Positions 26,901-44,055 of a DNA stretch of 64,000 nt are shown one piece after another. Source of the stretch: Trichoplax adhaerens (Eukaryota > Animalia > Placozoa); the NCBI RefSeq assembly GCF_000150275.1, contig NW_002060978.1, forward strand, positions 62,001 through 126,000, in the 5' to 3' direction. The notes under the pieces were generated by a model. It was not told the origin of the DNA, did no database searches, and saw only the letters and a list, made by a program, of their open reading frames with translations. Numbering within the stretch: the first letter of the stretch is position 1; every line of letters begins with the position of its first letter. The position numbers were made by a program, and so were the translations under genes.

Positions 26901-28296
26901 AATTGTGATATAGCTCCTTCGAATTACGTTCCTCCTACACCACCAACACCAAATGCTGCCGAGGTTGCAAATTCAGTAGCAGCAATCTTTGAATACCGAA
27001 CTTCTACTCCGGTAATAATTTTAGAGATTGTCGATGCCCATGCGATAATTAACAACAGAGTACAACACCAATCATCATCTACTCCTGCTTCTCTATGCTA
27101 TGCATCACACAGTATTCAATATCATCGATTTTTTTATGTTGATATTCTTTTCGTTATGGTTTAAATATTAGTGGAATGCAGCTTCCATCGCCAGGTTTAA
27201 AGCAGCTTTAGCAAGGGCTGTTACACGTGTCTGTCAAGAAACCTATCAAGAATGCAAACTAAAAAATCATAGGTATCTTGTAAATCGGATCTTAGCCGCT
27301 AATATTACAGATTTATTTTTGCGTACATATTGTCTAACCAGTAGCTCAAGGATCAACGAAATTATGGCTTAAAATTAATTCATTTATACATTACTGAAAT
27401 TTTAGAGAGAGGATAGGAAAGATTTTTAATGGATTGAGATAATTTTATTACTATTGCAATTACTATAATCAATAGTTGTAGATTGCTCTATGAAACACAT
27501 CGAATTAATTTATTCGTTAAAAATGAACTGTATTATAGAAGCCTGCAATATTATACTATGCAAAAATCAACAAAATTGCTTCTTTTTATGTATTTGTAGA
27601 GTTACTTTCAGTGCAGATAATATTAAAATCCGACCCGGGTATCCTTCAATGTCAAGGTAAAATATTAAGACAAATATCGTCTACTATTTCTATTAGTCGC
27701 GGACTCATTGATACTATTTGCTTATCATTTTAATAACGCTATTATCCTTTGGTAGGAACATAAATACTGTAATTTTCTACGTCAAACTGCCTCCAAATGC
27801 TCAAGCAGTTAATGCGTCAGGTGTTCTTCCAGGTGCTGTCCTGTCTGCTGTTTTCAGAGGTAACAATCTGCATATGGTAAGTGCTATGGGAGCAATCCGT
27901 GCAAACGTCACCGCCATTCCTACGCAAACACCAATAACCAAAGCAGCAACGTCCCAAGCTGCAACTAGTACTCCGACAAGTAATTATAATCAAGGATTAG
28001 CCGTTGGTTTAGCTGTTGGTATTGGCTGTGCTGTAATTTTATTTTTTATTATTTATTACACGTAAGTAATGAACCTAACGAAGACGATGAATCTTTCGTT
28101 CATTAATATAATTATAATTATAACCCAAATAAAATGTAGTCTAATAATAACAGATCTAGTAATAAACTATAATAGAATTAAATACTGTTGTCAATTTAAT
28201 TCTTTTAGGGTTAGATGGTACTCAAAGAAACCTCGAAAATCGAAGATATACAAGGAAACGGACTCAGAGCTGATTAATTTAACCGAACGCCAATAA
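17981..28296 (+). CDS. MUC4/SUSD2-like protein, copy 3, complete
   Basis: Same exon architecture with longer introns: approx 17981-18239 (signal peptide), 19485-19609, 20573-20875, 21042-21310, 21799-22205 (AMOP), 22345-22701 ([12 protein letters not shown]), 23805-24002, 24494-24731, 24924-25446, EGF exons 25529-26734, 26913-27011, 27171-27272, 27600-27656, 27756-28061 ([24 protein letters not shown]), 28210-28296 ([28 protein letters not shown]). Confidence 0.92.
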
Positions 28297-28506
28297 TTCA
28301 ACCTGTCATTACAGTATTCAACAATTCTATATCAGGTTTTAGATTGCTAATATCAATGAATGTCCTCTGTTATGGCTATTATAATAGCCTTGATTTCATT
28401 CAAACCGAACAACCTATCAATCAATCAGTTATGTTTCTTGTGTGGTCATACAGACGATCAACATAATAATAATAATAATAATAGTAATAGTAGTTTGCAT
28501 TTTTAA

Positions 28507-28618
28507 ACCCAGTTTCGCATAGCAGATTCTTGCTCAAAGTTGTTAACAACAACTTTGTTAATGATGCAGTCTACGGCTTGAAATTTGGATGCAAGTACTG
28601 AGTAGTATTTGGTAGTCC
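28507..28618 (+). promoter_or_regulatory. Conserved structured element, copy 3
   Basis: Same element; perfect inner stem CAAAGTTGTT/AACAACTTTG. Confidence 0.7.
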
Positions 28619-29956
28619 TGGGATTTAAAGTCAATGACAATGATGTATTAGAAATGGAAATGATATATTTATGTCTGATTTTTACCATTAAGTGAAGTTT
28701 GGAGAAGCTCAGCTAATGCCGAGTAATTCTATAGTTTATAGTGTATTTACTCTAATTTTGACTTTCGATATTACTCTTATTGGACTCAAAATTCAAGTCA
28801 GGATTAATCCTAGCATTGTTTTGCCTCTGTTATTACCATCATTTGGCTGCATTTATGTAATAGATTATTTTAATTTTGTAGTAGATTGGGTGGTTTTGTC
28901 TATCTATCTTCTGACACGATTAATAAATCGACAAGTGTATTTGATGTACTTTTATGCCCAATTGCCTTTTGTAAGGTTATCGCTACTTTCTTGAAGTGCA
29001 TGCATCTAGTATCATTACTTGTGAAGTTGCAGACAAAGCTAGTAGGTGGTTAATAAAACACTGCAGATATGCTGATTATATAATTATTATCTCCTTACAA
29101 AAAGTAGGTTGCTGGTAATGGAAATTTAAAGTATAGAAGATTAGGATTTACCTTTAAATCAAATATTCATGCAGTATTTTCAACTGTTAATATCGTCAAT
29201 AGACTGTTGTTACGAAACTTAAAGCGAGCATCAATGATATAACTAGAAACCAGGCAACAGTATATTCAAATAGATGTCCAGTATATCATTCTGTTGTATC
29301 GGCATAATTTAAGAGACCTCTAGCATGCTCGTATGGTCCCACATGCTTCGTACGCATAAATTTATACATTCGCTATCTCTAAACAAATGAAATGTAAATA
29401 GCGATTTCCCTTTCTCCATACTATAGCTCTGCAAAAGAAATAAATCAATGGTGGAGCGAATCATAGCAATTCAAGTGCCATTAAGAATAACGTAAAGAAC
29501 TCACTCCACCAAATTTTTATATGAAATACGTTATGCAAGTGAGGTGATACACCGGCTAAGAACATAATATTTTGGTGATATTACTTTTTTTGTAGCAAGC
29601 TTAATAAGATCCAACAAATTAGCCACATACACGTATGTCCGATTGTGAAAAGTAGCATGTAGAGTATTAGATCGCTTAGATTAGAGTCATTTATTTAATC
29701 CTCTTACAGATTTGGCCTTCCTTTTTTAATAGAAGGTCCGTATCATATAGTCGATTAGTTATTTTAGGTGATGATGTATTGCATTCTCATCAATGACGAT
29801 ACTTTACATTATATCAAACCATAATTATTAAACCAGGTTATTTACAATAACTTGAATTATCCATTGTTTCCTGTTTTTCAAATAATACTATTTATAGACC
29901 AAGATCTGGAAATCAGGTATCTTATATATATTGCTAATTTATAAGGTACATAATTA

Positions 29957-32900
29957 TCAAGGATCTTTCATAAATCTATTCAGATAGAATCTCAATCCTT
30001 CCACCGAATCATCTCTACATACCATCCCTAAATTTTCCGCAGCTGATAATCTATAAAGATTAAAGAATAATTAATTGTATTGAAAAAGTATTAAGCAGGA
30101 AATAAAATTAAATTTACATAGTGGCGGACTTACCCTTCTTTGGCGACAGTAATGGAGGTTTTTACTAACGGTGACAGTTCTTCCGCAGTTATGCAACCTT
30201 TACTCTTAATCTACAATGAAAGTTAAAGTACTTAGGATAAAGGCTGAAATAAAGCTAATCTAATATGAGGACTTTTGATTTACTGACAATTTTAGTTATC
30301 TTTTCCACAATCACTTCTACACTATGACTTTCCGATTGTACTGCCAGCACTCCACTATCAAATTCTCGTAGTCTAAAGGCAAATACAATATTACATGGAA
30401 CAAAAAATGTAAGACAGTGACAGATGGTTATTGGCATAAATGTAATGCAATACCTGAGAGGCAGCTTAAGTGATTCAAACAATTTGCAAGCAATAAATAC
30501 GTCTTCAGGAGAAACCAGCTACGAGATAGTAAATAAGTGCATTGAGTCAAGAAGTACTACACATAGTGACTCGCTTATAAAATTCTATCGCATTACCTCA
30601 ATACCCCTTGCGCGATTATACATACAGTAAACATCGGTCAAAGTCATCAATCCATCTGATTTCTACACAAAAAATAAAGGAAGGATAGTAATTTTATAAT
30701 ATACTACTCATAAAGGGTTTACCTTTTTATATGTATAAAGGCATTTACCTCGATCAAACTTTTTAGAAATGTCGCAAGTTGTTTTGCTAGCTCTTCATGA
30801 TATTTGTTGCCGTATCCATGCTCCTCTCTATGGTTGAGCAATTCAAAGATTGAAAAGTTATTAGCATTGATAAATTGATACCTTTAAGGTGTTTATTGTG
30901 CTACCTGGTAACGGGATCGTTAATACCCATACTGAGCAAATAAGACTTGAATTGGACCGTCTAGATAAAGATTAATTAATAGTCAACAACGATAACTACA
31001 CAATACTGTTACTATTGGATGATTGTGGCCTACAGGAGCTATTGACTGCTAACCTCGTCATCGGATAGTTGCCCTTTCTTTTCTTCAATTTTCTTTGCAA
31101 CACGATCAGCGATGGCTACCATTTCTTTAGCCTATAAAATGATAGGAATATGGATAATGGAAATTATACGGCTACTTTGATGTTTGTGTATATATACGAG
31201 TATGTGCCAAACCTTGTCCATTAGAGCATTTAAATCAGAAAATGCCTGTAACAAATCAAAACATAAATGCCATTTGATAAGCTTAATTAATACGTATATC
31301 GTATGTTTTAATTAATTAAATCACTCTTCATTAATAAATATTTCACAACCTGAGAAATTGTGCTTTGAGTTTCTTTTTGCTTCTGTTCGATTTTACGTTC
31401 AATTCCAACAATGCCCATATGTCTTCCGCTTGGACGAGTAGCTTGGCGCTGGTTAGTTACTTGAGTAATCCAACGTTTTCGAGACAATTGATTACATAAG
31501 GCAGCATAATACTGATACAAGATCGGATAGGATGTTATTGCATTGCATTTATTTCACCTTTAATGGATAAAGTAATTGATAGCATGACTTTTTTTACCTC
31601 GCTTTGGCCACCAGCGCGAAAAGATAAACGTATATAATTGAATTGACTACTAATCTTTGGCCCAGGCTCTTGGCTTGTAGGTTTTGATTGAAGATACAAT
31701 ATAATTTTCGCACTATTGATAGCATGCAATAATCAAATATGAAGGCAAATTTAAAACAATCAATTTTATTGATTTCATCCATTGAGATATTTTAAAGGTA
31801 TGATATAAGTTAGGTGCACATATAGTATTTCTATTGGAGCATGTTCTGTAGCAGGATTGAGGCTAAAGATCTTACTGTATTTTCACGAGATCCATCAAAA
31901 AATTAGAATTCATTTTAGTTCATATAAACTATACTATCCGTACTAATGTGTTTCCGGGGAAGACTGTTATTCATTCCAAGATAGAAATTAATCCAGGTAA
32001 TTTTTACATAATTTTAGATACTTTACAATTGAATACTATAGTAATAGGTTAAGCGATATGTTGGAATTTTAACACTGTACCATAGATTACTAACTCATTC
32101 ATTAACAAACTATGGACTATCTATCTTTTCTCAGATTCGCAGCATTTCTTACCTTCTGTTAAAACCTGCTATGACTTCCTCCGTTTTTTGCACGAGATTT
32201 AAGCCCAAGGAGATTGTACGATCCTGTTATTAACAATGGTATATCAATGTCATTGATAGAGTAATGGTGGTGCATCTTACGACCTCAATAGTTATATCAT
32301 GGTACATTTGCACATAAAAATATTCTAAACTGCAAAGTATGCTGTATCAATCCACCTAGTAATTACTGTTGCATTAGCAAGCTAAGCCAACATTCAGAAC
32401 ATCGTATACGACACAGACCATAGTCATAACAGTGATTAATAATACAAGGTTGGCTCAAGTGCTTCAATCAATTGAAGAAACACGTCCTATACCATCTACC
32501 TTACTGTATAAGTATAGATTGCTTTTTAATAGAGAAAACTTTACTCACTTGCATCAGTAATGGATCTGCAACTGAGTAATCAGTGCAATCAACATGTACT
32601 CTTATAATATTATTATTACTATGGTAGCGTTTACCCAACTTTGTTAGCATACTGCGTTCGTAAAGAGGGCTTTACTTACTTGCAACTGATCATCCCATAT
32701 AAGTTGATGACTGGTAAGTCTTAATGTCCCGCAGTCGAAATTTGTCTACGAGGAGTTAAAAAGATCGCAATTTAATTCAATTCAATAGTTACGATAGTTG
32801 ATTAATTCATCATATAACAAGGCTATCCATCATCATCACCATCATGATGATCTGGAGGACAGCTAACGTCATTTCAATGAATCGCGATCAGATTCCAACT

Positions 32901-33167
32901 ACACTACAAGGCAGATGATTTAGCCCTGGTAATCTAAAATTGATGTTGTATAACCTATAGTATCCTTTGCTATAGCAGATCTTACGCATGATCTGCCTTG
33001 AAGCAACGTTACAGAAAGATTCCTTTCACTTCGTCAGCCTTGTAATTCGAATAACTGGCCCTACTTACACGATTATCGCCATCATAGATTCGAACGTTAT
33101 GTTTCTGTATAACCTCAAATTCCCCCTTTATCAAGGAGATGGTGGTTACCCACATGAATCGATCCAT
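29957..33167 (-). CDS. VPS36: Vacuolar protein sorting-associated protein 36 (ESCRT-II, EAP45)
   Basis: Exon 1 [33 protein letters not shown]; [17 protein letters not shown]; [18 protein letters not shown] (GLUE domain); [16 protein letters not shown]; [15 protein letters not shown]; [15 protein letters not shown]; C-terminus [21 protein letters not shown]. These match well-known metazoan VPS36 motifs. Confidence 0.95.
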
Positions 33168-33837
33168 GATCAATCAGCAAGAGAACAGTTTTATTCTATG
33201 GAAAAATCAACTTAATCGACGTCAAAGCAAGTAAAAGTGATGGAATTGGCAGTAATGGCAGCCAAGTCGAGAAAGGAGACTGTTTTGTATCTCAGTCGTT
33301 GGCCAATTGATGTCGAAATCCAATACTATGCTCTCATTGGCTAAAGGTAGAGATGGGACAGTATTAATTACTCAGTCCAATTTGCGTACTTTAGGTTCAG
33401 CATCGATATGTTTGCATTGCGTGCTAAAGTCATGTCTGATCAGACAATTGATATCATCATGTATTTTATGGATATTTTAGAGGTGTACAGAGGTTGAGAG
33501 TGATATAATTTTGCACAGCGAACCGGCTTGAAATCAAAAACAGAGAATTATACCATTAGTTGGAACGGATCTTGTCTTTACTATAGTCTTATAAAGAAGC
33601 AAGCTGATTTAATGACTATAAATCGTCTTTGCAGCGACTTTATTGATCATCCAGTAGTCTAGAATCTCAATATACTGTATATCCTGGGATGAATGCAAGC
33701 CATCATTTCATCATGGCTCCTGAATCGATTTTCTCCTACTGTACTAAAATGAAAATATCCCTCGGTAAAGTTATCACCTTTACTAGCGATATATTACATA
33801 TGATCGGTGATAGATACATAGACTGATTCTAGCTAAC

Positions 33838-34340
33838 AATATAAGAAATTGAGTTTAGGCGATTGGAATTTGCAATAATTTACAGCACCTAACAGGTTCG
33901 ACATTTAATGTGCTACCACAGCAACGATGGCTTATTTTGGATTACTATGGTAATAAGTTTAGTGTCTAAGCACACAAGTTGTATGATCCAAGATAGATAG
34001 TGTAAACATACTGTAAACTGATTTTAGCTGGCAATAAGAAATTGAGTTTAAGCGATTGGGATTTGCAATCGTTTAGGTCCTACAGGTTCGACATTAATAC
34101 GCTACCATAGCAACGATGTCTTACATTGGATTACTATAGTAATGAGTCATGTGTCTGAGCATGCGAGTCACTTTTGTATGTGGCTTACTCAAACGAAATC
34201 GTATTAGTCATGTGACTCCTTAGTCATGTGACTTATTAGTCATTTGACTGATACTGTAGCTGGCACTATAGCGCACAGTATCAATAACGGTTGTAGTTGA
34301 AGTTTGTGTATGGCTCGTGCTGATGACGTCATGGAAACAG
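33838..34340. promoter_or_regulatory. Divergent VPS36/AASDHPPT promoter with ~130 bp duplication and clustered TF motifs
   Basis: Direct repeat 33838-33972 / 34032-34161, each with GCGATTGG (inverted CCAAT) and GCTACCA(C/T)AGCAAC (X-box-like); AGTCATGTGACT x2 plus AGTCATTTGACT at 34206-34249; TGACGTCA at 34324-34331. Confidence 0.55.
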
Positions 34341-34606
34341 CCAAAAAGTTGTCTTGCTACTGTACTGAGAAAACTCAATACCTGTTATACTGTGTGTACT
34401 ACTAAATTGGAGTGTTTGAAACAGTTAACTATTCGAACGAACCGCGACTATATTATTTAGTTTCTTGCCCTAACATCAAAATTGCTAGATGATCGCAGAT
34501 CATAACAATCGCTGATCGATTGCATGATCTATCGATGATTAAGTCTAATTTAATAACATATTGGTGTAGACAAGTTTTGCGATCTCATCATCATTTTGCT
34601 AGGACT

Positions 34607-37600
34607 ATGTCTCTTCGTTGGGCCTTTCATTACAGCCAATGGCAGCCAAGTAAAGAGGTTGTAGCTCGCCAAGACGATATTCTAGTTGTGCAGCATGAGC
34701 AACTCAGCTCTGACTGGGTGTGCTTGCTTGCTGCAGCTTTTAATCAAGAACATGATAGTTGTGCTCTTCTATAGCATGGTGGGGACTGCCTTGAGGGGCT
34801 CTCTTCTCTTACTGCAAAATAAGATTGTACTCATCCAGCATAGATGTAAATCAATTTGAAACCCATCGTTAACACTTTCAGTCTGAGAATACGTCATGCA
34901 GGATTGAAATGACAGTCGTAGCTGGGCATCATGACGACCTTGCTAACCGCAGTAGTTAAACCTTGTTATTTTTCGTATTGTTTAGGAATGGATATTGGCT
35001 GCAAGTTGTTTACAAAAAGAAGAAGCAAATAGGATTAGTCAGTTTATGTTTAAGCGTGATGCAAAAGCAAGTTTGGTAAGTAGCTGTCATTACTGAGTAG
35101 TGTGCATACTAGCAAGTTATATACGGATATGCTAAGGTCAATCCTAGATGCATATTCGATTGGCTGTACTGTAACGTCAGCAAATACATCGAAAGAAATT
35201 TTTGTTCCATCTTATTGGTATGCATTAGACAATCATGATGACATAGCAATAAGATTTGTAGTACGGCTGCAATTGCAGAAGCTACGGGGCGACTGCATTT
35301 GCTCGGGCGTTTTTCCCTTCTTTCAGTTATAAAACAGACGCGTACAAACAACTTACAGTATAATCCATTAGGGTATGCTAATACGAATTGCGCTATGATA
35401 GTTCAGTGGGACTGCTAGACTGCTTCGCTTCCGATTTATGCCAGCATATCACAACTTGATGACTAATCTTATTAATTTTTATTTAAATAGTGTGGTCGAT
35501 TGTTACTGAGGAAAGCTGTCCACGATTTATTGCATTTGCCCTATGACAGGATTCGATTTGATAGGACTGATAAGGGAAAACCTGTTCTGGTGAGGTCAAA
35601 ATGACTGCAAATAAATTCTTTAGTTTTGCTATACTTTACTATTCATCAGTAATGTAAATATACAGTATAGGCAATATCACATCTTTGTACTGTATAATAT
35701 GTAATTTTAACTGAAAATGTGGCATCAAATGTTAACGTTCCCATTGTGCGATTTTAATAGTAATCTACGGCTAGATTACAGTTTGCCTCTATTGATGAGC
35801 TATTTATAGAACTACACAGAACATATTATCACTGCAAATTGAGTTTTTAATTGCAATGGATAATAGAATGCTACCCATCACTAAAATTTATACCATAAAC
35901 GTCATTCCTTATGTGTAATGGGTATGATGCAATTTTAACTAAAAGTGTAGTATCAACGTTAATGTCATCATTTTACAATTTTGGTGCTAATTTATATATC
36001 TCGCTCTTGTGAAATGAACACATCTATGTGTATGCGCTGTTTTATTTCTTGTGTATATCGTCCTCATATTTATACTCGCACAGTAGTATCAAATATTAAG
36101 TTCTCATTTTTACGTTTTCGGTGCTTGGCTATAACTAGAGTGTATAATTTTGTTCAAAACTAAAAGATCAGTTTTTAACAGCAATGATCATTTCTATCCA
36201 CTTTGGGTTGTTTATGCTAGGTCGGAGACAATTCCAACTTATCACTCAACGTATCCCATCAGGTGAGGCTCTATTTGAAGCGCATTCCACTATTATGCAG
36301 TAAATAAACGAAACTTGCAGTATTCTGTAGATTTTGATGATGCCGTATATGCCGTTTAAAATATAAAATTATTCTTACGTGATATTAGCCACGAAATTAG
36401 AGTAATATTAGGAATAATTAATTGAATGTATTCATGGAATGCTCAGTGGATTGAAATTCCTGTAAATACCGCACTAGTCATTTGCATAATTAGTCCTTGT
36501 ATCGATTATTTTGAAGTTTAATAATGACGATGAAATCGTAAATCATTATCTATCGATGCTTATATTTAATACGGCTGTACTCATTTATTTAGGGAGACTT
36601 TACCGTGTTAAGTGCATCTTTCCAGTTCGAGAGTAAGTTGTCCATTTTTAGCTATTACAGCGTTAATATTAATGCATTGATATCCAATATTATACCATTT
36701 CCTCTGCATATTTCATAGATATATAGAGACTTAGCCTTAAGTCTAAATCAATCTCTTGTTATAACTGATTCACTATAGTCGCTAGAGAACGCAGTGATAA
36801 GCAACTTTATTATAACCAATATTTTAAATGATATTTTTACCGTTTTCAGCGGGAATCGACGTTATGAAAGTTGATTGGCTTGGTAAGTTACAATAAATTA
36901 TAGGTTCGATTTATGACAAGCTCACTCACTTTTGGTGAAACTTTGCTAGAACTAGCCTACAAGATATTAAGCTGTTTATTTTAATTACTAGGCAAAGAAG
37001 ATCTTGATCAATTTTTTTATACTATGCGGAAACAATTCACGGATTATGAATGGAGGAGCATTAGGAAATTTTTTACTGAAGAGGAACAATTAGAAGCTTT
37101 CTACAGACATTGGGTAAAGACAACCATAAGATGAAAATTGTTTCTGATGATTGATTGCGTAATTTGTTGTAATGATTTTTGCTGAACCATACGTTGATCT
37201 TTGGATTATATCTGTTAGTGTCTAAAAGAAAGTTACGTTAAAGCATTAGGAATAGGTATCGCCAATGATCTTCGTGCTTTTGAGTTTCATCCACAGGAAG
37301 ATGACGTTCCCGAAAAGGTAAATAGTTATTTCATAGTGCAGCTTTTATGCTAATCACTTGCAAAAAATCATTTTGCAAAATGACTAAATTGCCGGTAACT
37401 AATGGTAATGGTATGATACGTCAGACGATGTAAAGTAACAACATTGTGCACTCGTATTATAATTATCGATAGTATCATTCCTGACCTAACTGAAAGAATT
37501 CTAGTATACATTAAGTACATCATCCAAGATTGACAAACCTTCTGTACTATTCAAAAAATTTACTTTATCAGGGTGTTTTAACAAATACGACGCTGTATGT

Positions 37601-38093
37601 GGATGGAAAGCTACAGGAGAAATGGATATTCGAAGAGTCTAAAGTAAACAAAAAGGTATCGCTACACCAGATGAATAAATTGAGTTGTCTACGAATTCAT
37701 TTAACTGCAGGGTCAAATTCTGAGCTATTAAATCAAATTTGCTATTATAGCATTTAGTAGCTGTGGCCCTTCGCCCGCGCGATAGCATTGATGACAGTTC
37801 AACCAATACGAAGGAGTTAGTATCATATTTTAATGTTATTCTATGTGTTTCTACTATTAAAATTAAAGCACAAATCTTAAAGGTTTATTTTTATACAAAT
37901 AAAGCTAGGATCAGATTGTAATGCTAATTTGTTATTATGCTACAATTTCTTTTCTATTTTAAGAAATATTGCGGCTCCTTTGGTTACACTTTCTTTTCAA
38001 GATCTTGTATCGTCCGCTGTACCTTTCAATGTAGTTGATGACAATTACTGGAACAAGTTCTCAGTGAAAAGTGAAAAGCCTAATTTGGCCTAA
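34607..38093 (+). CDS. AASDHPPT: L-aminoadipate-semialdehyde dehydrogenase phosphopantetheinyl transferase (Sfp-type PPTase)
   Basis: Spliced: MSLRWAFHYSQWQPSKE|EWILAASCLQKEEANRISQFMFKRDAKASL|CGRLLLRK..RTDKGKPVL|..NVSHQ|GDF..|GIDVM|..FYRHW|CLKESYVKALGIG|..WIFEES..|HLVAVAL|..FQDLVSSAVP..YWNKF..*. Diagnostic GKP, NxSH, GxD and WxxKE motifs present. Confidence 0.95.
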
Positions 38094-38410
38094 GAATGAT
38101 TTAGCTACATTAAGTGTTCAGCAACAAGAAAAATAATTGTTTACTTCTGACTATAACGTAAACTGGATAACGAAAGAATCGTGCAAAAGCCGCTTTATTT
38201 TCTCCAAAAATAGCCCTAACTGATACATTTAATTTATGCAATTTTACTGTGATGCAAAAAGAATATCCGCTGAATAATTAATAATAATTACTATACTAGA
38301 ATAATTCCTAGCCAACCACTGGACCGAGGATACATGCCCATTTGTTCAATATCCATGATGTATACGAATATTTTGCTTTTGTAGCCTGTTTGGCAGCTAG
38401 AATTTTATAT

Positions 38411-43768
<5,358 letters not shown>

Positions 43769-44055
43769 TTTCAAGTCCAATAAGAAGATTGCTAACGCAC
43801 TTGCTGCTCAATGACTTTTAGCTCGCTCTCATGCAGCCAGCCAAGAATGGTAAGTGATACTTTGGATGGCTCGTTGGAGAGGCGGTGTGACACCGCATCA
43901 CATGTCAACCGACACGGGCGATGTCACTGGCTCTACTGACCGTCAAATTGACGTTCAGGTCTACCGTCAATCCAGTAGACTACAGCCTACCGTTAGTAAC
44001 GGCTGCCTTGCTTGAACGAGTTGAACATCTGTAGCGCCACAGAGGATCATTTGCA

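Noticed and set aside
33855-33905. tRNA/SINE Pol III promoter (GGTTCGA B-box-like; also about 34085)
   Set aside because: Lacks the B-box 3' CC, A box is poor and no cloverleaf can be drawn.
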